From Eledone cirrhosa (Eukaryota): DNA of 64,000 nt. The position numbers were made by a program, and so were the translations under genes. The stretch spans positions 186,868,001 to 186,932,000 of the forward strand of contig OZ024742.1 in NCBI GenBank assembly GCA_964016885.1, written 5' to 3'. Positions 42,978 through 56,104 of this stretch are shown here, piece after piece (position 1 is the first letter of the stretch; each line of letters opens with the position of its first letter). The notes beneath the pieces are model-generated. The model saw only the letters and a program-made list of their open reading frames with translations, did no database searches and was not told where the DNA came from.

Positions 42978-44563
42978 AGTATTGAAGTTTCCGTTGAAAA
43001 TCGAAAATGTCATAGGAGTGAAGAGTGCTCTATGTAAGTTACAGAGCTAAATTTAATGTATAATAAACAATACAATATAATTACCTCATTACCAGAGGTT
43101 TCCCGAATAAGACGAATAAAAGAAACGCCCTCATTCGTTCGTCAGACAAGGCAATTTAAAACATAGTGAAATATTTGAAAAATCTCCTCACGAAAGTCAA
43201 AAGTTTAACGGGCAAAAAAAAAAAATAAATAAAAGTAATGCAAGAGATATATAAAAATAAAGCATTAAATGTCGCTAGAAAGTTTATCTATATTTCTGAT
43301 ATTGAAGAGAATGTCATTTTGCTTGCTAGAAACACTTTACTATTTACTAATAATGACACTTGGGTAAAAAAATCTAACCCAGAGAACCCATTCGATTTCT
43401 CAATATGTTCTTTTGACAGTGTTGACGTGTGAGATTTAGTCAATAAGGCATCCCCCTACTATAATAAAGCGCTTCAAAATAGCAGATTTAGCGAACCGAT
43501 TAAGTACATACCCAACAATACCAACTCCTTTAAACATAATAATAGGAAAAGAAAAATAATCTGGTTCACCCCCCCCCCCCCTACTCTTTAGCTGTTAAAA
43601 CTAATGTAGGCAAAAAATTCATAGAGCTCTTAGATAAACATTTCCCTAGAACACATAGAATCAGCTACTCCTGCGGTACCCCTATTAAATCTTATATCCT
43701 CAATAAGAAAATACCCAGAGAACATCAAAATTGCTCCTGTAGAGTCAAAAGTGAATGCCCATTACAAGGTAAATGCAACACCAAAGACATTGTATATGCG
43801 GCTAAAGTGACAACCACCAGCGAGAACCTACCAGCCACCAGCGAACGATATGTGGGTATGACACAAGACAAATTCAAAACGCGTTATTACTCACATGTCG
43901 CATCTTTCCGACATCCTGAAAAAAAATTTACAACAGCTCTGGCTAGCAGAATATGGGATTTTAAAGACCAAGGTATCCAATATAAATTAGATTGGTCAAT
44001 TTTGAACCAATCTAAACAATATGCAAGAGGAACAAGAAGATGCGCACTCTGCATAAGTGAAACATATTGGATTTTACAGAACATTAAATCACCCAAAACC
44101 TGCCTAAATGCAAAAACAGAAATTTTCACCAGTTGCCCACACCTGAAATCACACTTGATTTCCAGTTCATATAAACTTAACTCACTTTCAGATACGTATC
44201 CTCCATAAACTCTTGTTCTTCACTTTCCTTAACTTACCTTCTTTACAGACTTCTCTTTCTGATTTACTTTTATTTTTATTTTTAACTTTATTTTTACTTC
44301 ACATCCACTAGTGACCCCCCCCCCCTCTGCTTTTTGATTCACTTACTTTATATCTTCACAATTTTACATATTTTACTTCCTCCTTTTCTTTCAGTACCTG
44401 ATATGACTTGTCACTTGCGTTTTCAACTCCAGATGTATTCTGTTGTCCCTCAGCCGCTTTTATGTATGTTTACTTGCGTGTAATTTGTACTCATTTATTC
44501 ATACGGCTGGTTTTTATATTGTATGTATGCGTGTAAGTGTGCATATGTGTGTATACGTGTTTG

Positions 44564-44604
<41 letters not shown>

Positions 44605-44615
44605 ATGTGTATATA

Positions 44616-44646
<31 letters not shown>

Positions 44647-45546
44647 GGTCGCGTGCGTGCGTGTGATTAGATGTACATGTATGTATATATATATATATGT
44701 GCTTCGTGTGTATGTATGCGCGCTTTTGTATGTATGTACGCATGTATGTGCTTTTGTCTGTACGTATTTATATATATATTTATATATATATATGTGTACG
44801 TACGAACCTCTGTATATTTTCTATTTTTTCTAGTGTTACTTTATAATTGATAACCCCTCCCACTTACTTTCTCTTTGATTTAATTTTTTTATTCTCATAT
44901 ATTTTTTTTATTTTTTCATTTTCATATTTTATATTTTATATATGTATCGACCTTCAGCCTGACACTGCTTTTACTGATACACTCCCTTCCCTGTATATAT
45001 CACATTCATGTATGTGGTTGCGCGTGTGTGTGTTTATACGCGTGCTTTCATAATTGTATGTGTATATATTTCAATCCTTAGTATCTGAGTCTGAATTGAC
45101 GCTAACTCTATTATCTTACAATTTCTTTTTTCAACATATATTATATACGTATTTGTGGTCACACATACACTGATATGCTTGCCCTTATGTATGTACTTAC
45201 GCACACATTTTTTCAATATACAAATGCATTTGTACATACACACATATGTACATTTGTAGGTGCATATACACACATTTATACACATACCCTTACTATATTT
45301 CCTTATTTTATTTTTATATATCTCTTGCATTACTTTTATTTATATATTTTTTTGCCCGGTAAAGTTTTGCCTTTCTTGAGGAGATTTTTCAAATATTTCC
45401 CTATGTTTTAAATTGCCTTGTCTGACGAACGAATGAGGACGTTTCTTGTATTCGTCTTATTCGGGAAACCTTTGGTAATGAGGTAATATTGTATTGTTTA
45501 TTATACATTATATATATATGCATATATATATAATGTATAATAAACA

Positions 45547-45550
<4 letters not shown>
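42978..45550 (+). mobile_element. Internally deleted Naiad-type PLE (family C) with inverted 5' pLTR
   Basis: Inverted pLTR ~42978-43260 versus ~45310-45550; RT remnant ARNTLLF..WVKK..FD (43260-43440), IIWFTPP, CSCRVKSECPLQGKC, IVY..YVGMT..FKTRY..H (to 44208). Confidence 0.85.
45413..45486 (+). ncRNA. Type-I hammerhead ribozyme (family C)
   Basis: ttgccttgt-CTGACGA-acgaatgagg..tcttattcgg-GAAA-cctttg-GTA-atgaggtaa; inverted copy at 43081-43154. Confidence 0.8.
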
Positions 45551-45609
<59 letters not shown>

Positions 45610-45997
45610 ATGTGCGTGCGTGTGTCAGTGATGTGTGTGTGTCTGTGTATGTGTCTATGTGTCTATGGCCGTGTTTTAAGTTGTTCCGAATGCAACACTC
45701 CAATCAATAAATAATGAAGTATTCAGGTGCAAGCACTCAACGTCGTGTATCCTAACCCAATGCGGTTGTCCAATAATTGTATAAATGTGAAGGCTTGATG
45801 TAGATATTCATAATTGTTTGGCGGACTGACTCTTGTAACAATAATATGAAATATATATCAGTCATCTTATGAATAACCTGTACTGCATTAGGTATATTTT
45901 ATAGTCTTAATACTTGAGATGTTGTCTGTTGAAGGCGAATTTGTAATTGCATGATGGCAGGATTTCATAATTATCATATTAATGCCTTCGCATTTTT

Positions 45998-46032
<35 letters not shown>

Positions 46033-46068
46033 TATTATTATTGTCGTCGTCGTTATTATTGTTGTTGT

Positions 46069-46108
<40 letters not shown>

Positions 46109-46111
<3 letters not shown>

Positions 46112-47035
46112 TATAAAGAGAGAAGAAACATTTAGATATAATTAGTAATAAAATGTATCATACCTAAACTGTTCCTAAATTCCTCGACTACGTAGTTTCG
46201 TGGCATAAACAAAAACAATATATCAAAGATATAGAGTCCTTGCGAGGTCTGCCGACTTATCAAGAGGATACCTCATTTTACTAGTCCCAAGAACGCGTTT
46301 ACACGACGTGAGAAAGAATCCCAAAAGGCGGAGGGGGAGATAGTCACGCGATATAACGGTCGAGAAACAGAGCTAAGCCTCTTATAACCACGAAGAAAAT
46401 ACCACGGAGGCGGAGGGGGTATTCATATCGAGGCCGTAGAAGAGGTAGTGAAGAAGGCGAGAAGTATGAGTAATGTAAGCTTTCCAGTTGTCCCCACACT
46501 TCAAAGATTGCTCGACCAGAGGGAGTTATTAATATATTAAGAAACACACAGATACATGCGGACACACACATATATACATGAATGCATCCGCACCCCGTTA
46601 TAAGAGGCTTAGCTCTGTTTCTCGACCGTTATATCGCGTGACTATCTCCCCCTCCGCCTTTTGGGATTCTTTCTCACGTCGTGTAAACGCGTTCTTGGGA
46701 CTAGTAAAATGAGGTATCCTCTTGATAAGTCGGCAGACCTCGCAAGGACTCTATATCTTTGATATATTGTTTTTGTTTATGCCACGAAACTACGTAGTCG
46801 AGGAATTTAGGAACAGTTTAGGTATGATACATTTTATTACTAATTATATCTAAATGTTTCTTCTCTCTTCATAATGTATTTTTAACTCTGATACTGGTTC
46901 AGTCTGGTTCAAACTGAATTGGTCTGTCCCAGTCATTCATTGAGCAACATCGGTGAAGTTGGCACCCTTAACTCACAGTTGGGTGCGGATGCATTTATGT
47001 ATATATGTGTGTGTCCGCATGTATCTGTGTGTTTC

Positions 47036-47042
<7 letters not shown>
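46109..47042. mobile_element. Fold-back, circularly permuted hammerhead element
   Basis: 46110-46389 is a near-perfect inverse of 46597-46877; 46528-46594 is the inverse of 46981-47045; hammerheads at 46717-46804(+) and 46181-46268(-). Confidence 0.8.
46717..46804 (+). ncRNA. Type-I hammerhead ribozyme, U3-A8 variant
   Basis: tcctc-TTGATAA-gtcggca...tgccac-GAAA-ctacgta-GTC-gagga; palindromic stem III ACTACGTAGT. Confidence 0.75.
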
Positions 47043-47099
<57 letters not shown>

Positions 47100-47105
<6 letters not shown>

Positions 47106-48075
47106 TTGGAGCTCTGAAATAGCAATATATATATGGATGTATATATAATGTATTTTGCAATACACTTTATGCTTAATTAAAAGCATTTTGAAGACCGTAA
47201 GCTATTGTTTTAAAGTAGTGACAAATTCACTCACTTTGATCTCAGCAAACAGGGGAGATAAGCCGACAAGACTTGTTTCGCTTTGGTTGAAGCTTATCAA
47301 GGCCAACTACCCCACCTGTCTACTGAGATCATTAATGTTATATTCTTATAGAAATCTAGTAAATAATCAGGAGCTGATTATGCAGAGCGGTTGTTGGTCA
47401 GGCAGAAATGAAAAATTAGAATTGGACCTCTGAAATAGCAATATATATGGATGTATATATAATGTATTTTGCAATACACTTTATGCTTAATTAAAAGCAT
47501 TTTGAAGACCGTAAGCTATTGTTTTAAAGTAGTGACAAATTCACTCACTTTGATCTCAGCAAATAGGGGAGATAAGCCGACAAGACTTGTTTCGCTTTGG
47601 TTGAAGCTTATCAAGGCCAACTACCCCACCTGTCTACTGAGATCATTAATGTTATATTCTTATAGAAATCTAGTAAATAATCAGGAGCTGATTATGCAGA
47701 GCGGTTGTTGGTCAGGCAGAAATTAAAAATTAGAATTGGAGCTCTGAAATAGCAATATATATATGGATGTATATATAATGTATTTTGCAATACACTTTAT
47801 GCTTAATTAAAAGCATTTTGAAGACCGTAAGCTATTGTTTTAAAGTAGTGACAAATTCACTCACTTTGATCTCAGCAAACAGGGGAGATAAGCCGACAAG
47901 ACATGTTTCGCTTTGGTTGAAGCTTATCAAGGCCAACTACCCCACCTGTCTACTGAGATCATTGATGTTATATTCTTATAGAAATCTAGTAAATAATCAG
48001 GAGCTGATTATGCAGAGCGGTTGTTGGTCAGGCAGAAATTAAAAATTAGAATTGGAGCTCTGAAATAGCAATATA
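47100..48075 (-). repeat. Three tandem ~315-bp units, each with a minimal U3-A8 hammerhead (retrozyme-like)
   Basis: Units start at ~47100, 47417 and 47730, with a partial at 48046; minus strand agttggcc-TTGATAA-gctt(caacca)aagc-GAAA-ca(a/t)-GTC-ttgtcggct at 47261-47308, 47575-47622 and 47891-47938. Confidence 0.8.
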
Positions 48076-49547
48076 TTATCCAAACGTTAACCAAACTAAT
48101 CCAAACCATTGACACAGCTATGCTCCAAAAGCAGGAACAACCATTAAAACCCAATCTACGAGAAGTCCACTCTGAAAAAACACCCTAACCTATGTATGGA
48201 CCCCAAAACTCACAGCCCGCATTTTTGCCTTTTGGAATCTCCTAAAAATATATGAAAAGTGGTAAAATTCTATTCCAATCATCCTCCAAAAAAAAAACCT
48301 CAAAATAAAACTGATCCAGAATGAACCAGAAAACCAACAAAAACGTAAAGCAAAGATTGCCTTAGAAAAGTTTAAAATAGAAATCGAACTGTTGCGGTTA
48401 AGAGCCAACTGCAACGAAGAAAAATTCAAGTAACTCGACCAACAGATGGAAACAGAAATCTCAAGGCTCTCTGAAGGCCTGCTCTATGAAAAAAACCTTC
48501 AAACTTTGGAAAGAAACCTGTCAGGATGAAGAACTAACATCCCTCTAACGATGGGAAAAATACACCACCTGGTTCAACAATTACAAAATGGATTTTAGAA
48601 ACGAATACCATACGCGTAACCCATTTTTAAAACAAGCTAAAGTTCACACACCACACTCACAAAAAACAACAAAAAAGGTAACAAAACGTTAAACATCTCG
48701 CCAGCAAAACTATGACGACAATCCCAGAATCCATAGACAAAACTATAACCCTACTACAAAAACCCAAGCGCCTGCTAACACAAGACAGGACCCGATCTAT
48801 AAATCACAACCCGCACAGAATTTGTTCCAAAATCGTAGTTCCCAGCCCACACAAAGGAACAAAAATTACCTGACCACAAACAACCGAACCCAAGTATGTC
48901 CAAAACTTCTATACAAGACCACACGACAACAGGGGAAATGCCATTAGATATAGTAATACCCATGAAAAAACAATTCAGAAAGATCTGAGCAAGGCTAAAG
49001 AACCCACGACACCCGGTGGCACAAACCGATTTTGAAAAACCTAAATTAATCAATCTTTCAAATACAAACTTCTCAACAAAACAAATTAAGATTTCTCAAA
49101 AGGACTGACATCCGCACCAACACCACACTACTCTAACCTCAATGAGATAAACGACGATATTTCACACTTCTGTAAAAAATTACGTCTAACAGAGGAATAT
49201 TTTGACAAGAATGATAGCGATGAATCAATTGTACGGAATAAAAGTAGTTACAACATAACAAAGGGCAGGAACAGTGTTTTGGACACATTTTGTGATCACA
49301 TATCACCTTTCCCATACCATGAACTACCACAACTTAAACCCAAACTCAACACGAGTCGAAGGGAATGGTAGATTATCCATGAATTAAAAAAACAATAGTG
49401 ACATTATAATTAATGAAGCGGATAAGGGAAGCCCTGTCGTCATTAATACCCATGAAAAAACAATTCAGAAAGATCATTTTTTAGACCAAGGTTACAGGAC
49501 CCAGGACACCCGGTGGCACCAACCGATTAAAAAAAAAACGAAAATAA

Positions 49548-51303
49548 CACTGTGTAACACATTTTTGATTGCCGATTTTAAGAGTCATTTCCTGGTTTGT
49601 TATATCCCATTATTATAAAGAAACACTATTATTTAATCAGAAGTTTGTGTTTGTGGTCATGAGTTTGATATTTCGAAATTTTCATATTTTTCAAGAAAAA
49701 ACACATTTTTTAAAAATGTATCAGTTCATATAATTAAATCAACAGAGTATATATTCATTTTATTACACAAGCTTATCAAAAGCAAACAAGTAAAAACAAA
49801 TAACACTTATAAAGCAACTTATACACGTTAGAAATGACTGGATATCCTGGATTTGCGTGCGGTTGTAGTCGAGGTCGCATTCCCACACTAGCCCCCAGAT
49901 ATAGTCCCCCATCATGTTTTCATTGTAGTGACCCTGGTACTTCCGCTCTATCTCTTTCACATCTTGGTGGAATCGTTCGCCTTGTTCTTCTGAATAGGCG
50001 CCCATATTTTCCTTGAATTTTTCCATGTGAGCGTCCAGCATATGGAGTTTAAGCGACATCCTGCATCCCATGACGCCAAAAGCCTTTATCAGATCTTGCA
50101 CCAGTTGCTGGTAATTTTCAGCTCTGTAGTTGCCCAGGAAGCCCTTAACAACTGCCTTGAAACAGTTCCATGCTGTTCCCTCAATCCTATTGAGCTTATT
50201 GGAGAACTCGGTAGACTCAAACACCTTCTTTATCTGAGGCCCAACAAAAATTCCACCTTTGATTTTGGCCTCAGATAACTTGGGGAAGAACTCAAGAAGG
50301 TACTTAAATGCGGCTGATTCTTGGTTCACAAACTGCTTCATCCACCCTAAATTAATGTGCAGTGGTGGCATGAGCACAATCCTGGGATCAACCAGTGGCT
50401 CCCACATAACGTTCCGAGTCCCAACTACAAATTCTGTTCGCTGCTCCCAGTTCTTTCTTTTGTAGTGGTCAGAGGTGGCTCTGCTGTCCCAAAGGCAGAG
50501 GAAGCATTGAAATTTGATAAAGCCTCCTTGGAGTTCAAGCAGGAAAACGACCATTTTGAAGTCTCCAATGATTTCCCAATTTTACTGGTTGTATTGCAGA
50601 GCTTCCAAGAGGACTTTCACACTGTAGTAATCTTCCTTCAAGCAGACTGAATGAGCTAGGGGCAGTATCGGGAACTTGTTTCCATTGTGGAGGAGGACAG
50701 CCTTCAGACTTGTGGTGAAGCTGCCCAAACGGCACCCCAATAACGTCAAACAGTCCAGGCACGTCATTGCAGAAGCAGAGGCCATCTCTAAGAGTGTAAA
50801 AGCATGAGAAAGGTTCGTGTCGACTTCTCTGACTTGTCACCTGCACTTCCTCCTTGATCAAGTTCCACTGCTTCATCCTGGAGACGAATAGCTCTGCATT
50901 GGACTTGGTCAGACCCATACCTCTGGCCAAATCATTGACTTCTTTTGGGTTTGGGAAGTGAGGAACTTTTTCTGGTACCCCAGTATCAATAAATCTCTTT
51001 AATTCACTTTTTAACAATTTTATACTTTATTACTTTTATAATTTTCTTTCGTTATTGCTCTTTATTTTACAATTTTAATTTAACCTGAAACATATATAAA
51101 AACATTATTTAACATAAGCAAATTAAACTTACATACAACGTTAAATCCAGCATACATATAATTCTAGTGAATAGCTTAGAATTTTTACAAACCCAAACTT
51201 TTAACTGTTTAATAGCACTTTTCTTTTTATTTGGGACCTAAGCAACACACAAAGGTGATTACAAGCCAGGAAGAGAGAAAACATTTTTTTTTGTTACACG
51301 GTG
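49548..51303 (-). mobile_element. Chapaev3-like (CMC) DNA transposon, internally deleted
   Basis: TIRs CACTGTGTAACA / TGTTACACGGTG, 3-bp TAA TSD (49545-47, 51304-06); empty site cgaaaataatcaatc seen at ~60885-60900(-). Confidence 0.85.
49763..51017 (-). pseudogene. Chapaev-type transposase, frameshifted
   Basis: SLKAVLLHNGN..P, CFLCLWDSRA, PPLHI.LG, MSLKLH.L..H, SEEQGERFHQD, NMMGDY.W motifs. Confidence 0.8.
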
Positions 51304-52317
51304 TAATCAATCTTTCAAATACAAACTTCTCAACAAAACAAATTAAGATTCTCCCAAAAGGACTGGAATTCACACCAACACCACAATACTCTAACCTCAA
51401 TGAGATAAACGACGATATTTCACACTTCTGTAGAAAATTACGTTTAACAGAGGAATTTCTCTCTTACAAGACACTAACTACCATTAAAGAGTAAACAAGT
51501 ACTAGCAATCAAATAAAAGACCAGAGCTAAATATACTTTGACATACGTTAATGTTTTAACACCTTAATATGCTAACCACACCCGCCTTTACACGTACGTA
51601 CCCACATACATAACACAATTCCCCATTTCCACTAATGGAATCTTTTATTTCTATTATCAAGACGATAAATCGATTTGCTGCACGCACGCACGCACACACA
51701 CACACACACACACAGACACACACACACACAACACACACAAACACACAAATAAAAAAATAAATTTCTCTTTTCTACCCTGCCACCACCATCGCCTCCGCCA
51801 CCACCATCGACACAAACATTCAATTTATTTCAATGAACACCTCACCACGACATCAGCCATTCTCACTGAATCAGGACTATTTCTCCCGTTCCTATTCCTT
51901 GACCATTATTTTTTGTTTCGCACAAAACTTTCTATGACAAACCATCCTTTTTTGGCAGCTATATTATATGGTCAATCATGTAACTTTATTGACAATTAAA
52001 ATGGCACTAAAGAATCGTCAAACACAAACTGGCGCGAAATTTATTGTACTTATTCACGTGAAAGTCATCAACCAAACAAATTACTTTAAAAAAACCAAGC
52101 AACTCGAGCCACTCTTTCCACATAAAACAGAAAGAACTTTCGAACACGAACCAGATGCGAGACAAACCACAAACGCTCCATCTCAATTACAGTTTTGAAA
52201 AACATAAGAACTGTGAAACCAGTAAAGGAAATAAATAAATATTCTTAAAAAGACTCCATTTGAATTTCCTATTTCTTTTCCTTATATATATATATATAAA
52301 CGCTTACATGTATTCAT

Positions 52318-52356
<39 letters not shown>

Positions 52357-52392
52357 TACACACACACACACATATACACACACATACACACG

Positions 52393-52425
<33 letters not shown>

Positions 52426-52881
52426 GAGTTTGTTTATATATGTATATACAGTGCTATATTTTACAACAAATATCATTTTTTTTCAAAATTGAAAATTTAA
52501 TGTCAAAGTTTGTGGCGAAATATCCCAACGTTACGCACATTATTTTTTTTTCTTTCATATTATTCCCGAAACTACATGTATTTTAATTTACACCCAAGCG
52601 TGCATAGAGATTTAACATGTAAGATTTCTGATGCTGGCAACACAGCTATGAAAAGTTTCAAGTCGTTGTAAACATACTTTCATACTCTCACATTTCAGCA
52701 CTGTTATAAGTCCCAAACATATACTCCCATACACACACAATATTTACATAGAATCAATAAAACAGATAAAACTTTTATTATGTATTTTATGAACTTCTAT
52801 GAGATCTAATTTTATTTTGGAAAAGAAGAAATTTCCAACAAACTTTCTTCTTTTAATGTACATATATGCTATCTTACATAC

Positions 52882-52953
<72 letters not shown>

Positions 52954-53084
52954 ATGCGTGCGTATGGTGAGTGTGGATATGTATATTATATATATATGTA
53001 TATATATGTATATATATGTATGTATATATGAATATATATATAGAACGTAGATCAGATCAGTTGATAATACAACTGTATAAGGCA

Positions 53085-53141
<57 letters not shown>

Positions 53142-53399
53142 TTGTATATATATACATGTTTGTGTGTGTTTGTGTTTATATATGTATGTATATCTTTTTG
53201 AATAAAACTATCCGTAAATAAGGAAGCTCTTACTAATCAATGTAAACACATTTTATGGTGTCATTCTTGGCTATACGTTACAGTTTTATCTCAGGAGAAG
53301 AAGGAAGATTACACTTTTATGTAAGACCCTTAAAGAATTATGGAAAAATCTATAATCTAAATGTGCAGATATACTTAACGTTTTCAACATGGAATAATT

Positions 53400-53468
53400 C
53401 TGATGATGATGATGATGATGACGACGACCACGACGATGACGACGATGACGACGACGACGTTGATAATA
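53400..53468. repeat. (GAT/GAC)n microsatellite
   Basis: Direct reading. Confidence 0.9.
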
Positions 53469-53554
53469 AAAGTCATTAGGATTGTAAATTTGCGGGGATG
53501 GAAAAGTCGATTAAATCGAACTCAGTGTTTGTCTAAAATCTAAAGTCTGTCTCA

Positions 53555-53735
53555 AGCCCGGAGGTTCACCAGGCCGGTGCTTATCCCGATTTCCGTGGCT
53601 TTAAGCGATAGAGATACACAACTCATTCTTGGAAATGACGCCAGTCCATAGTAGGGTTAAACCCCCAGCTATTGCTGGTACTCATTTTTAGCTGAGCCTA
53701 CTGGAGCAACTTAGAATGAAGTGATTTGCTTAAGC
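53555..53735 (-). mobile_element. SINE fragment (second family; related copy at ~61505-61720)
   Basis: Shared ctcattt..agctgag...ctggagc.ac....aa.gtg..ttgct.aag core; the copy at 61660-61720 carries a tRNA-like head on the minus strand. Confidence 0.55.
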
Positions 53736-53758
53736 TGACCATTATATATATATGTATA

Positions 53759-53807
<49 letters not shown>

Positions 53808-54429
53808 TTGTATATAAGTAGGTATATATATACATGTTTGTGTGTGTTTGTGTTTATATATGTATTTATATATGTATTTATATATTATTTATATATCAAT
53901 ATATATTATTGATCTCAGACGGATGGTAGGCAAAATTGATCTCGACTGAATTTGAACCCGGGTGCATAGAGCCGGGACAAATGCTGCCAAGTACTTATCC
54001 CATGCTCTATCGACTCTGCTAATCCACTACGCTTTTCTAATTTAAATACAAGACCAGTAAAGTTGATTAAATCGACCATAGTGGTTGTGTGGTACGTTAT
54101 ACTATCCACCCCAATCGGATGTAAAGCATAGTTAACCCCTCAAACATGTCCCTATGTGTGCAACCACCCAAGACACTCAGATGTTGACACAGGAAATGTT
54201 TCTCATCACAATCATGCCCCTATGTGTACATCCTCCACCCAGATGTTGCTACAGAAACCTCTAGCTTCACATTTCTACCTCTATATATATACAAACGCCC
54301 CACAAGCACAGATGTTGCTGCTGAAAATTCTTATCTACAATCCTAACACAGATGTATAATCACCAACCCATATATCAAAACATTCTTAAAACTTCTTTCA
54401 TTCTTTTGTTCCCTGTTGGTACCCCTGTT

Positions 54430-54985
54430 GGTACTGAAGGATGAAAGAGCAGTCGTTCTGTAGGAAGTTGAATGTCCTGTCGTGGTGCGATGTCATATGA
54501 TTTCAGAGTTTCCTTAATACGACCAATCCACGTTTTCTTAGGCCAGCCTCTAGTCTTGTGGCCAGATATATTTGTATTATACTCAAGATAGACTGGGTGA
54601 TAGGTTGAATTTCTGGCGACTTGACCGAACCTTTGTACATAACGATAGCTAGGCCACTATTTTATTGCTAACCACTATTATATTGTTCTCGTCGTTCCTG
54701 AAACTATCTCGTCTGGTTGACAGCTTTTCTCAGGTATCACATCTAGCACGTCATGATATTATTTTCTAGATGCTTAGAGAGGGTCCAAATATGGAATTGG
54801 TTTGTGATTGTGGGAATAAACATTGTATTAATCAACTTAGCTTTAATTCTTATTGGGATGTTGGGGTGATTTAAGACACAGGGGATATCTGGTATGTATG
54901 CTTTGGTCTCAATCTCTCTGTTCAGTTTTCCATCTTCAGTGAAGATACTCATCAAATACATAAACTCTTTCACTTATTTCGGTTT
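54430..54985 (-). pseudogene. 3' remnant of an RTE-like LINE reverse transcriptase
   Basis: KEFMYL.S.FTEDGKLNREIE, P..T....WTL, then GWPKKTW (GRP..TW-like) near the 3' end, with short tandem repeat cctgttggtac. Confidence 0.6.
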
Positions 54986-55697
54986 AAACTTACTGAGCTC
55001 GCCTATTGGATACATTTTACCTTTTCCTGTGAGACAGTGATGTATCATACCACCCATTTTGTTCGTTATATAACACATAAAGGATACCGTGTGAGAGCAA
55101 CACAAACAGAAACTTTCAACAACCACTTACTATCCTAAAATATCTATTTCTCTTAACCTGTCTAAAAACACTACCAAACATCAATAGAGATAAACACCAG
55201 CATGTCACTGATCGGTAAATATAGTAACCAAAATGTCTCTCAAATAACAACCTATTGTTTTTGTTTTAAGTGAAAGACACATTAGATAATGTCGTTGTAT
55301 CGTCTAGTTGTTATGGCGATCAGGGTTGCTTTCAGTATCAATGCAAATGATATTAAGGAAAAGAAAAATCAAGAAATGAACCAATATTCATAAGAATTCT
55401 TCAAGCAAGACTTAGTTGATTATGTGCTTTAAAAGAGAGATAATGTAACCGAACAGTATCAAAACTATTCCATTTTTCCATTATTCTATTAATGTGTTAC
55501 AACATCGTATTGATTCCATCAAGAAATTATTGAGTGAAATAGAGATTGCTACATTTAATATAAAATCTCATAAACAACATTTAAAAATAAAATATGGAAA
55601 TTTAAATGCATGAGCATGTATAAGCAAAACTTACACACATGCTGTCAGATATTGAACGCATACACACCCAATCGCACAGACACACACACGCATATAT

Positions 55698-55790
<93 letters not shown>

Positions 55791-56104
55791 TATATAACTA
55801 CATAAACGGAGAAAGCTATTAGCGATACTCCGACCAATGTCCAACTAACTCAACAAACATTAGGAAATACTGGAGTATATTCCCAATTAAACGTATGGAT
55901 GCTAACTATATTGTATTGTGTGGATAATTGGCTGTATTATTTTATATTTTATATGGGATATACTAAAGATCTCATTTCCCATGTATATATATATATATTA
56001 ACTTTGGTAATACTAACGACAACAATCGAAGCTGTTGTCCTGATAATAATAGTAATATTAATAATAGTATCGCGGTGGGTACTAAAAACCGCCGATCCGG
56101 AGTT

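Larger units (their letters stand above)
48076..52282 (+). pseudogene. Degraded, rearranged Penelope-like element (family B)
   Basis: INLSNTNFS..ILPKGLEFTPTP, FCRKLRL.E.F and ADKG motifs; internal restart at ~49445; deletion to the 3' UTR; ends in the family B pLTR; homologous to 57930-61108. Confidence 0.75.

Noticed and set aside
47368-47432. Plus-strand hammerhead-like CTGATTA...GAAA in the 315-bp unit
   Set aside because: G8 is lost without compensation and stems I/III are poor; the minus-strand motif fits far better.
47155-48042. Three repeated 85-92-aa ORFs as a tandem gene family
   Set aside because: Non-ATG starts, no recognisable domain; by-product of the tandem repeat.
53255-53479. 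Acidic poly-Asp ORF as a host exon
   Set aside because: Explained by a (GAT/GAC)n microsatellite next to a SINE; no other coding evidence.
54140-54360. Degenerate cagatgttg-containing ~60-bp repeats
   Set aside because: Too diverged and short to assign structure or function.
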